DNA of 62,843 nt, counting the filler, from Perkinsus olseni (Eukaryota): assembly GCA_013115125.1 (NCBI GenBank). It is 35 parts of 35 records of this genome, joined end to end, with 100 filler letters (N's around TTAATTAATTAA, not from the genome) between each part and the next. Parts side by side here need not be neighbours in the genome. Positions count along the whole stretch, not along the records: positions 1 to 1,740 come from JABANN010001762.1; positions 1,841 to 3,577 come from JABANN010001763.1; positions 3,678 to 5,414 come from JABANN010001764.1; positions 5,515 to 7,250 come from JABANN010001765.1; positions 7,351 to 9,083 come from JABANN010001766.1; positions 9,184 to 10,915 come from JABANN010001767.1; positions 11,016 to 12,744 come from JABANN010001768.1; 28 more parts are not named here. One strand, given 5' to 3'. Of the stretch, positions 1 to 11,647 are shown one piece after another (the first letter of the stretch is position 1; the number at the start of each line of letters is the position of its first letter). The notes beneath the pieces are model-generated. The model made no database searches, was not told the DNA's origin, and worked only from the letters and a program-made list of their open reading frames with translations. The translations under genes and the position numbers were made by a program.

Positions 1-1381
1 TCTCTTCCCTTTCGATATTTAATATGAAAATCGAAGCATTGTAACCTGCTCACCCATCTCAGATAGCGGGAATTCGGATCTTTCTGCCGTACCAGCCATA
101 TCAGCGGGTTACAATCAGTAACCGCTGTAAATCTCCTTCCTTGAAGGAAGTATGCCCATTTTCCATCCAGAAAACCAGAGCCAAGATTTCTTTTTCAGTT
201 GCGCTGTAGCGCAGTTCAGCACCACGAAGAGTCCTGCTGCCGTACAGTACCGGGACCTGTTCTTGCAACAGAACAGCTCCTATTCCCGTGCGCGAAGCGT
301 CACACTCCAGCGTGAATTCCTTGTCAAAAGACGGGAGTTGGAGGAACGGTTTACTAGTAAGTCGTTCAACCAATTCGTCATAGGCAGTGTCACACGCCGA
401 ATCCCAAACAAATGGGGTGTCCTTCCTTAGAAGATTGGTGAGAGGAGCTGCTATTGTAGCAAAGCTCTTCACAAATTTCCTATAGAAGTTCACTGTACCA
501 ACAAAACGTTGTAGACTCTTCTTGCACTTTGGCTTTCGCAACTTCATAATCTTCTTGACATTATAAGATGCCGGGGATATCATCCCTTTCGAGATGGTAT
601 GTCCTAGATACTCAAGAGTATCCTGCATCCACTGGCATTTAGTCAGCTTTAAGACCAGATGGGAATTCTGCAATTCTGATAATACCAATTCGATGTCACG
701 CAGGTGCTGTTGTGGGTCCTTACTATAGACGATAACATCGTCTAAGTAGACCAACGAGCATCGGCCCAGACTTTTGACCAATACCACTTGCTCCATACAT
801 CTCTGGAATATCGCGACGGCCGTTTTCAGGCCGAACGGCAATCGAGTGTACTCATACACTCCGATATTCTCAGCGATGAAGGCCGTCTTCTCAATGGCAC
901 TCTTCTCCATTCGGAGCTGGTGATAGCCCATTCGAAGATCTAAAGAGGTGAAGTAACAGGCACCATTAAGGGCCTCTAGAAGGCTATCAATTCGTGGGGG
1001 TCGATACGCATCGTCCCTCAACAATTTGTTGAGAGGTCGATAATCAACCACCATCCGATACTCCCGAGTCCCTCGCTTAGGAATCAGCCATGTTGCCGAA
1101 GCCCATGGTGATGTACTATGTCGCACCACACCGGCCTTTTGAAGTGTCTCAATCTGCTCCTTCATAATCTTCCTCATATGGGGATTCTGACGGAACGGTT
1201 TGGCCTTTACAGGAAGGGATCCTTGCGTATCCAACTCCACTTCAAAATTAGGGACACATCCTAATTCCCCTCGAGTGACATCAGAGTATTTCTCAACCAA
1301 TGCAGTTAGTTGAGCCTGATATTCTTCTGGTACTCCTTTTAGGTCAATCTTATCAGAGTTAGTATTCAGACGCAGGGACAT
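1..1381 (-). mobile_element. pol: Ty3/Gypsy pol: reverse transcriptase + RNase H, with a frameshift near 155 and running off the contig
   Basis: Motifs SPWAS, YRMVVDYRPLN, LDLRMGYHQ, LPFGL, YLDD, LECDAS and YSATEKE; another frame continues KWAYFLQGRRFTAVTD...RWVSRLQCFDFHIKYRKG. Confidence 0.93.
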
Positions 1382-1467
1382 AATGATATTTAATCAATAA
1401 CTAAAGGACATCACTAATTCTTAGTGAAACACAACAACTCAGGATCGCGCAGAAACTTAGTGATTAC

Positions 1468-1740
1468 TTACTTCTGTGGTAAATTCATCCACTTAGAATG
1501 GAACCTCAATCTTCCACTCCCGTAGTCTACTAAGACCCTGTTGGACTTTAAGAAGTCCGAACCCAACCAAACGATTTCTCCTGGAACTCCTGCAACATAC
1601 ACCGTCGCAGTCATCGTCTGTCCAGATGGAAACCGGATGGGTACTTCTGCGCTTTCATCAATCTTCACTGGTTTCCCAGTGAGGGTAGTGAGCTTTCGCT
1701 CCTTCGCTTTCGAGGGAGTTACCTTAAGAAGGTCTAACGC
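1468..1740 (-). mobile_element. Retroviral-type aspartic protease, C-terminal half
   Basis: LGSDFL..NRVLVDY matches the retropepsin C-terminal ILG.DFL motif and lies just upstream of the RT. Confidence 0.7.
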
Positions 1741-1840
1741 NNNNNNNNNNNNNNNNNNNNNNNNNNNNNNNNNNNNNNNNNNNNTTAATTAATTAANNNN
1801 NNNNNNNNNNNNNNNNNNNNNNNNNNNNNNNNNNNNNNNN
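1741..1840. other. Artificial contig spacer (N44-TTAATTAATTAA-N44), first of 34 such linkers
   Basis: The same 100-nt N/linker block recurs about every 1.75-1.84 kb, has stops in all six frames, and separates segments of steadily decreasing length. Confidence 0.98.

Positions 1841-1910
<70 letters not shown>
1841..1910. repeat. (TAG)n microsatellite at the contig end; also (CAA)n at 2087-2134 and (GTT)n at 3508-3577
   Basis: Read directly from the sequence. Confidence 0.97.
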
Positions 1911-1925
1911 TGAATACAACAATAG

Positions 1926-2086
1926 GTAGAAGTGAGAAATACTCTTATCTTAGCTGCTGGACCCCAGGCAGATAGTTGCCAGTTTTTGGAGTTTATCTCT
2001 CGTAATGTGGAGCTATATAGTTTGGTTAATGGTGTACAACTAACCACTCATGCTTTGGCCAACTTTACAAGGTAGTAGTAGTGCTG

Positions 2087-2135
<49 letters not shown>

Positions 2136-2750
2136 GATGATGATGTTGTTGTTGTTGTGATGCGATTGTATTGGTATTAGGAATGAGTTAGCCGATGCAT
2201 TGAGGAAAGGGCCGTATCAAGTTAATATGTTGATTGGTGGCTTTGATGCTAAAGATGGCAGTAATAATAACTATAACCATCATTACTGTTAGTATTATCA
2301 CATCTCAGGCGCATCCCTGTATTACATGGATTATCTAGCATCATGCCAGAAGATTACCCGCGGTGCTCATGGTTATGCATCGTATTTCGTACTAGGATTA
2401 CTCGATAAACTATACAAAAAGGTAATACTAATACCACCAGCAGCAGGAGGAGCAAGAGTAGGGGAGATCTATAATATCAGGGTATGAGTCAAGAAGAAGG
2501 CCTTGATGCTATTAATCAATGCATTAAGGTAATAACAACAACAAAAACACCTACTACTACTACTACTACTGGGGTCATACTATGATGATGATCATTGTAT
2601 TTTAGGAGTGTAAGAATAGGTTCATCATCGACAAGAGTAACTTTACCGTTAAAGTTGTGGATAAGGTAGTAATGCTTGGTAGGTTATCATTGCTGTCTAC
2701 ACATGCTGGCTTAGGATGGTATCCGTAGCGTTGCATCACCGTCGGAGTAG
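1926..2750 (+). CDS. PSMB2: Proteasome subunit beta type-2 (beta4), 5'-truncated, multi-exon
   Basis: Spliced translation across GT-AG introns: LAAGPQADSCQFLEFISRNVELY...ANFTR/NELADALRKGPYQVNMLIGGFD/SLYYMDYLAS...AHGYASYFVLGLLDKLY/GMSQEEGLDAINQCIK/ECKNRFII...FTVKVVDK/DGIR. Confidence 0.92.
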
Positions 2751-3001
2751 TAGTAGATGAATCTAATGTGATGATGATGATGTGGAGTAGGAACAACAAG
2801 AACAACATTAAAGCGAATAAACCGTTTTCTCAATGATGCCCGTGAAGTTGAGTTGTATCATCATCACACTATCAACCGTCGTGATAAACGAAACAAGTCC
2901 TTGATTCATATGAAAGACGCATATAATGCATGTTTATCATGTTCATCCTGTGGGATTATCCTTCTCACTGAAGTGGTAGGTAGTATTCCCTAACAATAAC
3001 A

Positions 3002-3480
3002 TCACCATTCAACACTCATCATCACCACTACTATTACCAGCATGGTAGGCGATGATGATACAGTTCCCCCCGATACATGAACACCTCCTATACTGTTTAC
3101 TCCTTTATGTACTGTTTTATCGTCATCCACAGTCGTATTAGATATATGTTTATTGATAAAACCTAGAAGTCCGGGTACACTCCTCTCACCATCATACCTG
3201 ATCATACGTCATCATCATACAACAACAGCGCAATAATAGAGTATGGGTGCTGCTGCTACTACTACTTCCAAGTATGTAATACCGTTCCATTCTCATCTCC
3301 TGATACATGATACAGTCTTATGTCAGGGAATGCATTAATATGTTCCATCTTACATAAGGTATTATCCTTACCTACCAAGTAGTAGTAGTAGTACTAAATG
3401 CTACATTCACTTAAGTCTACTCCCGCCTTACCAACTTTCCAATTATCACCATAACATTCCCTCTGTACCCAGTGAACTAC
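3002..3480 (-). CDS. 3' end of a thioredoxin/PDI-like protein, multi-exon, convergent with PSMB2
   Basis: IRYDGERSVPGLLGFINKH resembles the thioredoxin-domain C-terminal Y.G.R...L..F+ motif; upstream exons not resolved. Confidence 0.5.
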
Positions 3481-3508
3481 TTTAGGATGCTGCTGCTGAT
3501 GCTGGTCG

Positions 3509-3576
<68 letters not shown>

Positions 3577-3727
3577 GNNNNNNNNNNNNNNNNNNNNNNN
3601 NNNNNNNNNNNNNNNNNNNNNTTAATTAATTAANNNNNNNNNNNNNNNNNNNNNNNNNNNNNNNNNNNNNNNNNNNNAGTAGAAGGTATCTGCATCAGAT
3701 CCGGGAGTGTTACGTTATTGAGTCATC

Positions 3728-5414
3728 ATGGTTGCCAACAACAGTACAACATCGGAAAGTTCGAGGATCCAAGAGGATAACATCTCGGACGACGAGTGGT
3801 ATCAGTCCCTATTCGAGGACGACGCCCAAGAAGACGGTGCTGGTGTTGGTGTTTCTGATGCACCAAAGGATAAGAACGTGGAGACCCTCAAGATGGTGGT
3901 TTCCAAGCTACTAACCCGTATATCAAGGTTAGAGGCTAAGAGGGCCGATCCTACGCCGACCCAGAACACAGAGAGCGAGGAATCTACCCCGCCTATCGAC
4001 GACATTAAGTTCGACGAACTGAAGGCCTCAGCGACCGTCAGCTTGGCATTCAACAAGTGTGGTGCTAGTGGTTATCTATCCCCACTATCAGTGATATACT
4101 CGAAGGTGTCTATCCCAAGCTCTACGTACAACGCTACATGGGCTTCTACCGTACCTCAACTACGAGAGTACTACCTGACTCGCAAGGGTGGTGATCCCTT
4201 GGCGCCAATCAGGACCGCTAAGAACGCGGAAGACTTCACGGCTGCGCTACAGAAGGTTACTATGGACCTAGAACAAGTCCATGACCTGACCCCACCGGTT
4301 ATTGTATGCCTACTCCTATGTGAGATGGACCATACCCAGGACACGCTGGTCAAGATAAAGGCCAACGATATTGCAACCTGTTGCCTAACTGCTCCAGATG
4401 TCAAGAGCATCGAGGAGACCCTTAGGAACATCGCCGACAGCGACAGTGATGTCATGATACCTGATCTACCGTACGACACCGACTTCGACAGTCTACCTGG
4501 TAATTCGCTTATATGCCCACACAAGCACGCCTTATGGACCCGTATACTCTACACCGTGACAAAGGTATGGACGAGAATGTACCTTGGCTATGTTACCCCT
4601 GATGATGTAAAGTGGAAATGGACCTCTATACGTCAGAAGAAGGATGAGTGGATATCTCAGTTCTTGGCTCGTGAACGTCAAGCGTGGCAAGGACTATCCA
4701 GCTGCCTAAGCTTCCGCAAGATGCAACTACCGTCCGGCTATGACCGTGCCGTACAGCTACTATCTGCGGTCAACTCCGACCTCCGTAAGGGATATAACGA
4801 CTACATCCGCACCGAGAGGCTGGATGTGGATACCCTACGTTATGAAGACGTCGCAAATCAGCTGGTCATCATCGAGACGACCCAGTCCATGAAGTTCCCC
4901 TGGGACCAGCCGGCCGATCAGGCTAACAAGGCGCAGTCTAAGAAGGGCAACACCAAGCATGAGTCTGGTGGTGGTAAATGGTCTGGTGGTGGCACTGGTG
5001 GTAAATGGGCTGGTGGTGGCAATGGTGGGAAGTGGTCTGGTGGCAATGGTGGTAAGTGGTCCAATGGTGGTAAATGGAATGGTGGTGCTAAGTCCGACAA
5101 GGACAAAGGCTCCAGCAAGAACGACTCCAAGCCTACCAAGAAGGCAGACAAGTGGTGTACCTATTGTAACAAGTACGTTACCCATACGGAAGAGCAGTGT
5201 TGGAAAAACCCAGCCTGTACTACTACTCCTACTTGGTTCAAGGAGAAGATGAAGAACCCCAAGTCCGCTGACGCTGACTCCAAGAAGGAAGGTCAACAAG
5301 CGCCGATGTTCATGGCGGACGACCATCAACAAGACATTTTGGCTGTACCCGCTATCCGAAGCAGAGTACATCCTCATGGAGAAGGGGCTCCAACGGATAT
5401 TGTGGTTGGAGTGG
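3728..5414 (+). mobile_element. gag: LTR-retrotransposon gag with GGKW repeats and a CCHC zinc knuckle, 3'-truncated
   Basis: Long intronless ORF; gag MHR-like IRQKKDEWISQFLAR; knuckle CTYCNKYVTHTEEQC (C-x2-C-x5-H-x4-C). Confidence 0.75.
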
Positions 5415-5514
5415 NNNNNNNNNNNNNNNNNNNNNNNNNNNNNNNNNNNNNNNNNNNNTTAATTAATTAANNNNNNNNNNNNNNNNNNNNNNNNNNNNNN
5501 NNNNNNNNNNNNNN

Positions 5515-7125
5515 GAAGGCTGGGATGCTGTGGATGATGAGTTGAATATTGTTGATCCCGCTCTCGTACCAGAATGTGCCGTTGCCGACACTTATTCTTG
5601 GTATCCTGAGTTTAAGAAACGGGTTCTATTGGCTCAATCAGGGGATTCATTCTGTGTGCATGTGACTACTCAGTTACGATCGCATCCTGAGTGTTCCCTT
5701 GCTAGGTCATTTTCCGTGGATTCTTCCATGGGATTGCTGCTTTCGCGGCAGTTCCGCTCTGATGGTGAGGATGACCATGTACCTGTGATTCCATCTGGAG
5801 AACTACAAGACGAGTTGATTGAAAAGGTGCATCTTGGCTATAATCATCCCGGTATATCGAGAATGGTGAGACTAGTGAGGCAGATGGGATGGTTCAAAGG
5901 GTTGTACTGTGCTATTAAACGGTTTGTCTTACAGTGTGCTGTCTGTGCGCAAGCCAAGGAAGGCAAAATGTTATCGAAGGCACTAAGTACTGTGAAGAAT
6001 TTTATTCCTATGATTTGGGGTGTAGTTGGATTGGATTTGTTTGGTCCACTACGGTTACAAAATGGCACTAAATGCTGGGTGCTTATTGCGGTCTGTTATA
6101 TAAGTCGCCTGGTCGCGGTGAGGGTAATTGACTCCCCATCGGCGGCTAGTGCGGTGGCTGGATTTATAGAGATTGTTGGTCAAGAAGGAGTCCCGAAGTT
6201 GGTCGTACATGATCAAGGACTATGTTTCATGTCAGCTACATTTAAGGAGATTTTGGCTCAGTATAACGTTGGGCAAGCATACACTAATTCTTACGATGCT
6301 GCACAGCGCGGTTGGATAGAACGCTGCCATGCTGAATTTGGTGCCTTATTGCGAACCTATCAGTTGGAGGCTGAGAAGAGGATGCAGGACATGAATGATG
6401 CTCGACGGTGGTGTAGCATGGCCGCCTTTACGATGAACTGCTTACCGTACTCTGACTCTGATGATACCAGGTTATGCCCGTGGACATGTTGTAGAGCATC
6501 TCGAGGCATCAAAGAACATCTACTTGGTGATGAAGCTGCTACGGTAGAACAGATACAAGAGTGGTTGGGAAGTGGTCTATTGTTTCAAGACCTGACCGAT
6601 AATGTTAAGCAGGTTACCGATGACTGCAAGGAAGAATGGGCCAGATCGTTGGAGCACTTAAAGGAGCTCTGGTTAGAACGACGAGCAGAGATACGTCGCA
6701 AATTGAGTCGACGTAGACGCCCTCATAATGACCAACTTAAAGAAGGTGACACCGTCTGGAAGAGGAACTTCGCTGCGGACAAGTTGAACGCCTTGTTTAC
6801 TGGTCCCTATACGGTGGTCAAGATTGTTGGAGGCAACGTGACGATTGAAGACTCCGATAAGAAGACTTCTACTGCTACTATAGATCAGCTGAAGAAAGGC
6901 TTGCCGAGTTCGAGGCGCAAGATAAAGACTACTCCAGCTACTAAGACGGTTGCTACTCAAGTCGAGAAGGATGCCTTGGAACCTCAGTTAGATGAAGAAG
7001 ATCTCCGAAGATGGAGAGATGTCGTTACTGGACAGACTACAGTGCTAACTAGAAGTCGTAAGCGATTGCTCGAGAAGGTCGACAACGCCATGAACAAGTC
7101 GAAGGCTCCTAGGAAAGGAGACTAA
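5515..7125 (+). mobile_element. LTR-retrotransposon integrase (HHCC zinc domain, DDE core, GPY module)
   Basis: H..YNHPG...CAVC; GLDLFGP, HDQG, GWIER; FTGPY. Confidence 0.9.
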
Positions 7126-7167
7126 TTTAGTTGCGAATATCAGCGCGTTGAGAGCCGTGAGATCACA

Positions 7168-7250
7168 GGCTGAGGGAGTGTGATGATATTCAAGATTTTA
7201 CTATAGTGAAGTAGATTCAATGATCATAGAATAATGATGGTCATACCACT
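7168..7250 (+). mobile_element. Polypurine tract and start of the 3' LTR (TG at about 7179)
   Basis: GAGGGAG immediately followed by TGTGATG, about 50 nt after the integrase stop. Confidence 0.55.
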
Positions 7251-7689
7251 NNNNNNNNNNNNNNNNNNNNNNNNNNNNNNNNNNNNNNNNNNNNTTAATT
7301 AATTAANNNNNNNNNNNNNNNNNNNNNNNNNNNNNNNNNNNNNNNNNNNNGTTACATAGCTACGCTACGCTGAATGATCGATAGAGCAGATCTTAGTGGT
7401 ACACAATAATTGTCCCCTTTACAGCACCGTGGATGAACTACACGTTTTTCTCACTACGATTCAAGCCACGAGAGCTACTTAGATGGTTGCCTAAGATTGC
7501 TCCTGGCTTGATCGCGGTTGCGGCAGTGACCATTCTCGCACTGCCAGTGCGAGAAAGGTCATTGGTGCGTCACTAGTGGGCCCCAGCACCTCGTTGCGGA
7601 AAGGGATAGTAGTGACGAATCAGAGTCTCAACCCAATCATCAAGCTATCTCAGTCTCGGAGCAAGTTAGTGTGTCGTTCAAGACTTGAA

Positions 7690-9083
7690 CTTCAAGTGCA
7701 TGACATCCAGGACTCCTGGACCAGGAGAAACATCCCGCTCCGGTTGGAAGATCGGTTTCAGGGTCCTCGCGCCACCGAAAACGGGCTTAGTCAGACTAGC
7801 ACCGATGTATCTTGTTTCAAGAGGGATGAGTTTGGACGAGTTAATTGAGCACAGAAAGTAGCGCTCAGACTGAGGGTAGGGTAAACCCAAGATATTTTCT
7901 TTCCCGCCACAGTCGTACTATCGTCTGCGCCATCGTCCTAGTCTTCGCAGTGGGGTAAGGCTGAGTTACTCATCTTCCTCGAGCCCTTGTATTTTGACTC
8001 AGCAGCTACACAGTGTAGCTGATCAGGAAGAATCTTCCTGATCAAAGTCCTACTATCTTCCTGGAAGATAGTTTCGTCTACAGAGGTCGGTGGGATTGAG
8101 AGCAAATCAGTAAGGAGCTTCAGTCACGGAAGCTCAGTACCATTACATCTGGTCTAATGTTCTTATCGTTTCCTCACGGAGGAGAGCGCCTTCATTGAGA
8201 TCTGCCGTAACAGCGATAGACAGGGTCGCTAGTGTGACCGAAATGCATCGCGGCATGCGGACAGCGCAGAATTTTTCGCCTATTAATGTTCGTTCGCGCT
8301 GTTGAGAATACTGCATGAGAGACTCTTTAGTGCGGAGGATTCTCGAACATCATGACCCCGAGAACTTTGGCAAAAATAGCTTATGCGACAGGCCCATGAT
8401 GATTGGCAGCCTGCCGACGGCAGACGATTCTCTGCTCCTACAAACATTAGCAACTCGAGGTCTTGCAATGGTCTTCTGCCGCTGCTTTCTCGGGAGCCTC
8501 TCGTGCCCGCCCCAGATATTCATGTTGACCCGAATAACCCAACATGCTGGAGATATTGGATATAGACCTGCCTGAGAGATGGAGGCTTGAACGCCTTGTA
8601 TTAGTAGGTCTCCTTCCAAGGACATCAACCCGATCGGACCGACCGAAACGATAAAAATTGGATTTCATCACGAAGGTGATGAACTCCATCGGCGGAGACA
8701 GTCCGACAAGCGATAATTCCTCGGAATGTCAAGAAAACTTCTCCTCAGAGTTTGTTCGTATGATTTACTGGCTTCTCTGGAAGAAGCTGCTACTAAGTTA
8801 AATGGAAAATAGATTCATCCTCGGTCTCGAAAGAGATCAAATTCGTCAAATGGAAGATAGAGTGACGATAAAGGGTCAATAAACTAAGAAACCTCTTCCT
8901 TGGGGGCTTCATTAGTTGTCAGAATTCCCCGATCCTCAGGAGCAGCAACTGAGTTTAGATTCGGCGGAAAGTTGAGGTATCCTTTCCGTGGCACTTTCCG
9001 TGCTCACGAGATGGTCTTCAGAAATAAACCGGACTTGCATGCCAGATCTCCCAAGCCCATCTCCAATACTCACTCCACAAGCC
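7690..9083 (-). pseudogene. Heavily decayed retroelement, possibly Penelope-like (RT + GIY-YIG)
   Basis: Fragments in the expected order across frames: FITFVMKSNFYRF, PACWVIR..NIW, GTELP*L, ETRYIG; many stops and frameshifts. Confidence 0.3.
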
Positions 9084-9286
9084 NNNNNNNNNNNNNNNNN
9101 NNNNNNNNNNNNNNNNNNNNNNNNNNNTTAATTAATTAANNNNNNNNNNNNNNNNNNNNNNNNNNNNNNNNNNNNNNNNNNNNAGGCTAAGATACTTGAG
9201 AATACGAAGACAGCAAGACGCAGTCTTGTGACGATGTTTGCAGTAGTCCCACGACAATACCAGCCCCCACTGATGGAACTGTCTTC

Positions 9287-10915
9287 TTAAGCAGTTGCAG
9301 CGGTCAAGAAACCAAGGCGTCGCAGTTGTCGAAGTACCGCAGCAGGAATACGTCTCGTCTTGGTGAGTTGGAATGGCGCCACCTCAGAGTTAACCTTGGT
9401 GATCTCGATAACCAATCTCGAATGAGTACTTGGGCTGAGAGTAGAACCCTTGAGCTCGAGAGGCTGGACCATAAGGCGACCCGTAGAGGTCCAATAAAGG
9501 AACTCGCCAAAGTAGATCTTAGTGTTGTCATCGAGGAACTCGATGAGTAGAACATCACCTTTCTCAAATGCCGCAGTTGACATATGAGCTGTTCTCAGAG
9601 CCACTCCTCGATGAGTAAAGTCGTCGACCGGGATAAGGTAGCGGCCATTAACAGTCATAACCTTTGAGTCCTTCTCTAAACAAATAGAGTAGACGCCCTT
9701 CCGACGTATCAAGCAGTTGAGTACCACCGCAGGAACCGGTTGAAGAGGATCTCTACCAGAACCACCCCTAGGAGGCTTCCAATAGACCTTCTGACCAACT
9801 TGTAGAGGTTCAGGCACTTGGGCACCAGAAGCTACTTGAGCATCAGACGTAGAAAGTCGTTGATCACAACGTTGTCCATAGAATGCATCCAACCATGTGG
9901 AGATATTGGTCATGACCTCGGCCTTCAGGTTCATAAGTTGATTCCAATCCTCGGACACATCCTCAGCCACATCATCCCTCTCAGTAGAGTCAGGAAGTAG
10001 TAGATGTAAGGGAGTTGGGTGTCCATGATCTAGACCAATAGCCAACATTGATGGACTAGGCTTAGAATGAGACTCGGTGGTGAAGTTGACCATCAACTGA
10101 GCTAACTTACAGAGGAGATCCCATCTGCGCTCGTTGGGGAAGAGGTCTAACAACCGACGTAGATCACCATTCTTCCGCTCTACCTGGCCATTAGAGGCGG
10201 GATAGTACGGCGTACTCCTCGTCAAGCGTACTCCACATAGGAGGCCTAGATCTTGCCATAGCTGACTTGTATACGAGCTTGAGTTATCACTCAATATCCT
10301 TCGCGGCCATCCAAAGACGCTTATCCACGAGGAATATAGCACCAAAGCCGTCGCTGAAGAACTAGTAGAGCTCATAGGGCAATAAAGAGTAAACCCTGAC
10401 GTCAGACAGGTAATGGTTAGAATGTGGTCCAAGCCATTAACTGCAGGTCTCCTAGGATCAACATGATCCAAAGCAATATCCTGGAATCGCCGTCGAGGAG
10501 GGAGATCAAAGGTAGCCGGAGTAGGTGGCTGATGCGGAAGTCGTCGAGGAGCACAGTAAGGGCAGGAACGACAGTAACTTCTCACGTAATTAGCCATACC
10601 AGGGAACCAGCAATTATCCCTAAGGAGGTTGTATGATCGTGTTCGTCCGGGATGTCCACCACAATCATGTACCATCCAGAGAATGAACTCACGTATAGGC
10701 ATAGGCTTAATCCTGTCTACATCATCGGAGTCATCCGTGGCAACATACTGGTAATCTCGGAAGTCACCGCCAATAGGAAGGAAGGGAACCCACCTATAGT
10801 CGTCGCCTATGGGAATGTAGATCATTAGGACACCGTCGTCATCCAGAGTGAACCTTCCAGATGCACAGAGCCTATGAGCCGGAGTAGAAGTATCATCAAC
10901 AACCTCAGCATCTTG
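9287..10915 (-). mobile_element. LTR-retrotransposon integrase, followed by a PPT-like tract and an LTR start near 9256
   Basis: HDCGGHPG...CPYC; IALDH, ILSDN, NGQVERKN. Confidence 0.9.
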
Positions 10916-11015
10916 NNNNNNNNNNNNNNNNNNNNNNNNNNNNNNNNNNNNNNNNNNNNTTAATTAATTAANNNNNNNNNNNNNNNNNNNNNNNNNNNNN
11001 NNNNNNNNNNNNNNN

Positions 11016-11406
11016 ACGACTCAGGCAGAACAGGAGCCACGGCCCACAGCTCGGAGAACAAGGCGTTGGTTTCAATCCATGCTGATACACCGATGAGAAC
11101 GAATAATAGAAGGGCCATCGGGGAGGCCTGACCCTTAGCAGGCATACGTAGTCGGAATGTATTCTTCGCAGTGGGCTCTGCAGCTTCCTCTGCAAGAGTC
11201 TTTCCTTTGGACTCTCCCGGCTCATCAGGAGCAGGTCCGGCATCAGCAGGAGTGGGAGCAGGCCCCGTGATGTCTCCCGGTACGGAGGCTAAACTGGAGT
11301 TCCTGCGTCGTCGATGGTGAGAAGGCGATGATAGTACAGTCATAGAGAAGGATGGAGGGACTAGAGGCTCAGTAAGGGCCGGAAGCATACATTCTGATAG
11401 AGCCAT
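11016..11406 (-). CDS. SLC52/RFVT riboflavin transporter-like protein, N-terminus (downstream tandem copy)
   Basis: LFVLIGVSAWIETNALFSEL...LPES matches the SLC52 N-terminal G..SW...N..W.ELP...LPE.W signature. Confidence 0.75.
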
Positions 11407-11647
11407 GCTACAGACCCGCCGCCCCCAGACGGTGTAACAAAACTTGTGTGGGGTTTGAGAAGGCGTTACTATTATTATGGTAATCGACGCTCACCACACC
11501 AGTGTGTGATGGGCTACTCTAGACAGAGGAAATATCGTCCTAACGAAATGACTTAATAATACTATCAACATAGTGCTGTTAATATACATGAACAACAACA
11601 GGAATAAAAACATTCTCGATAGCCAGCACGCCCTCCGGCAGGACCCA

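Noticed and set aside
1785-1796. TTAATTAATTAA recurring every ~1.8 kb, and ORFs ending in X...LIN
   Set aside because: Artificial linker inside N gaps. ORFs crossing it are truncated artefacts, and neighbouring contigs are not genomic neighbours.
2257-2307. Possible GC-AG intron in PSMB2
   Set aside because: A canonical GT donor 3 nt downstream gives the same reading phase.
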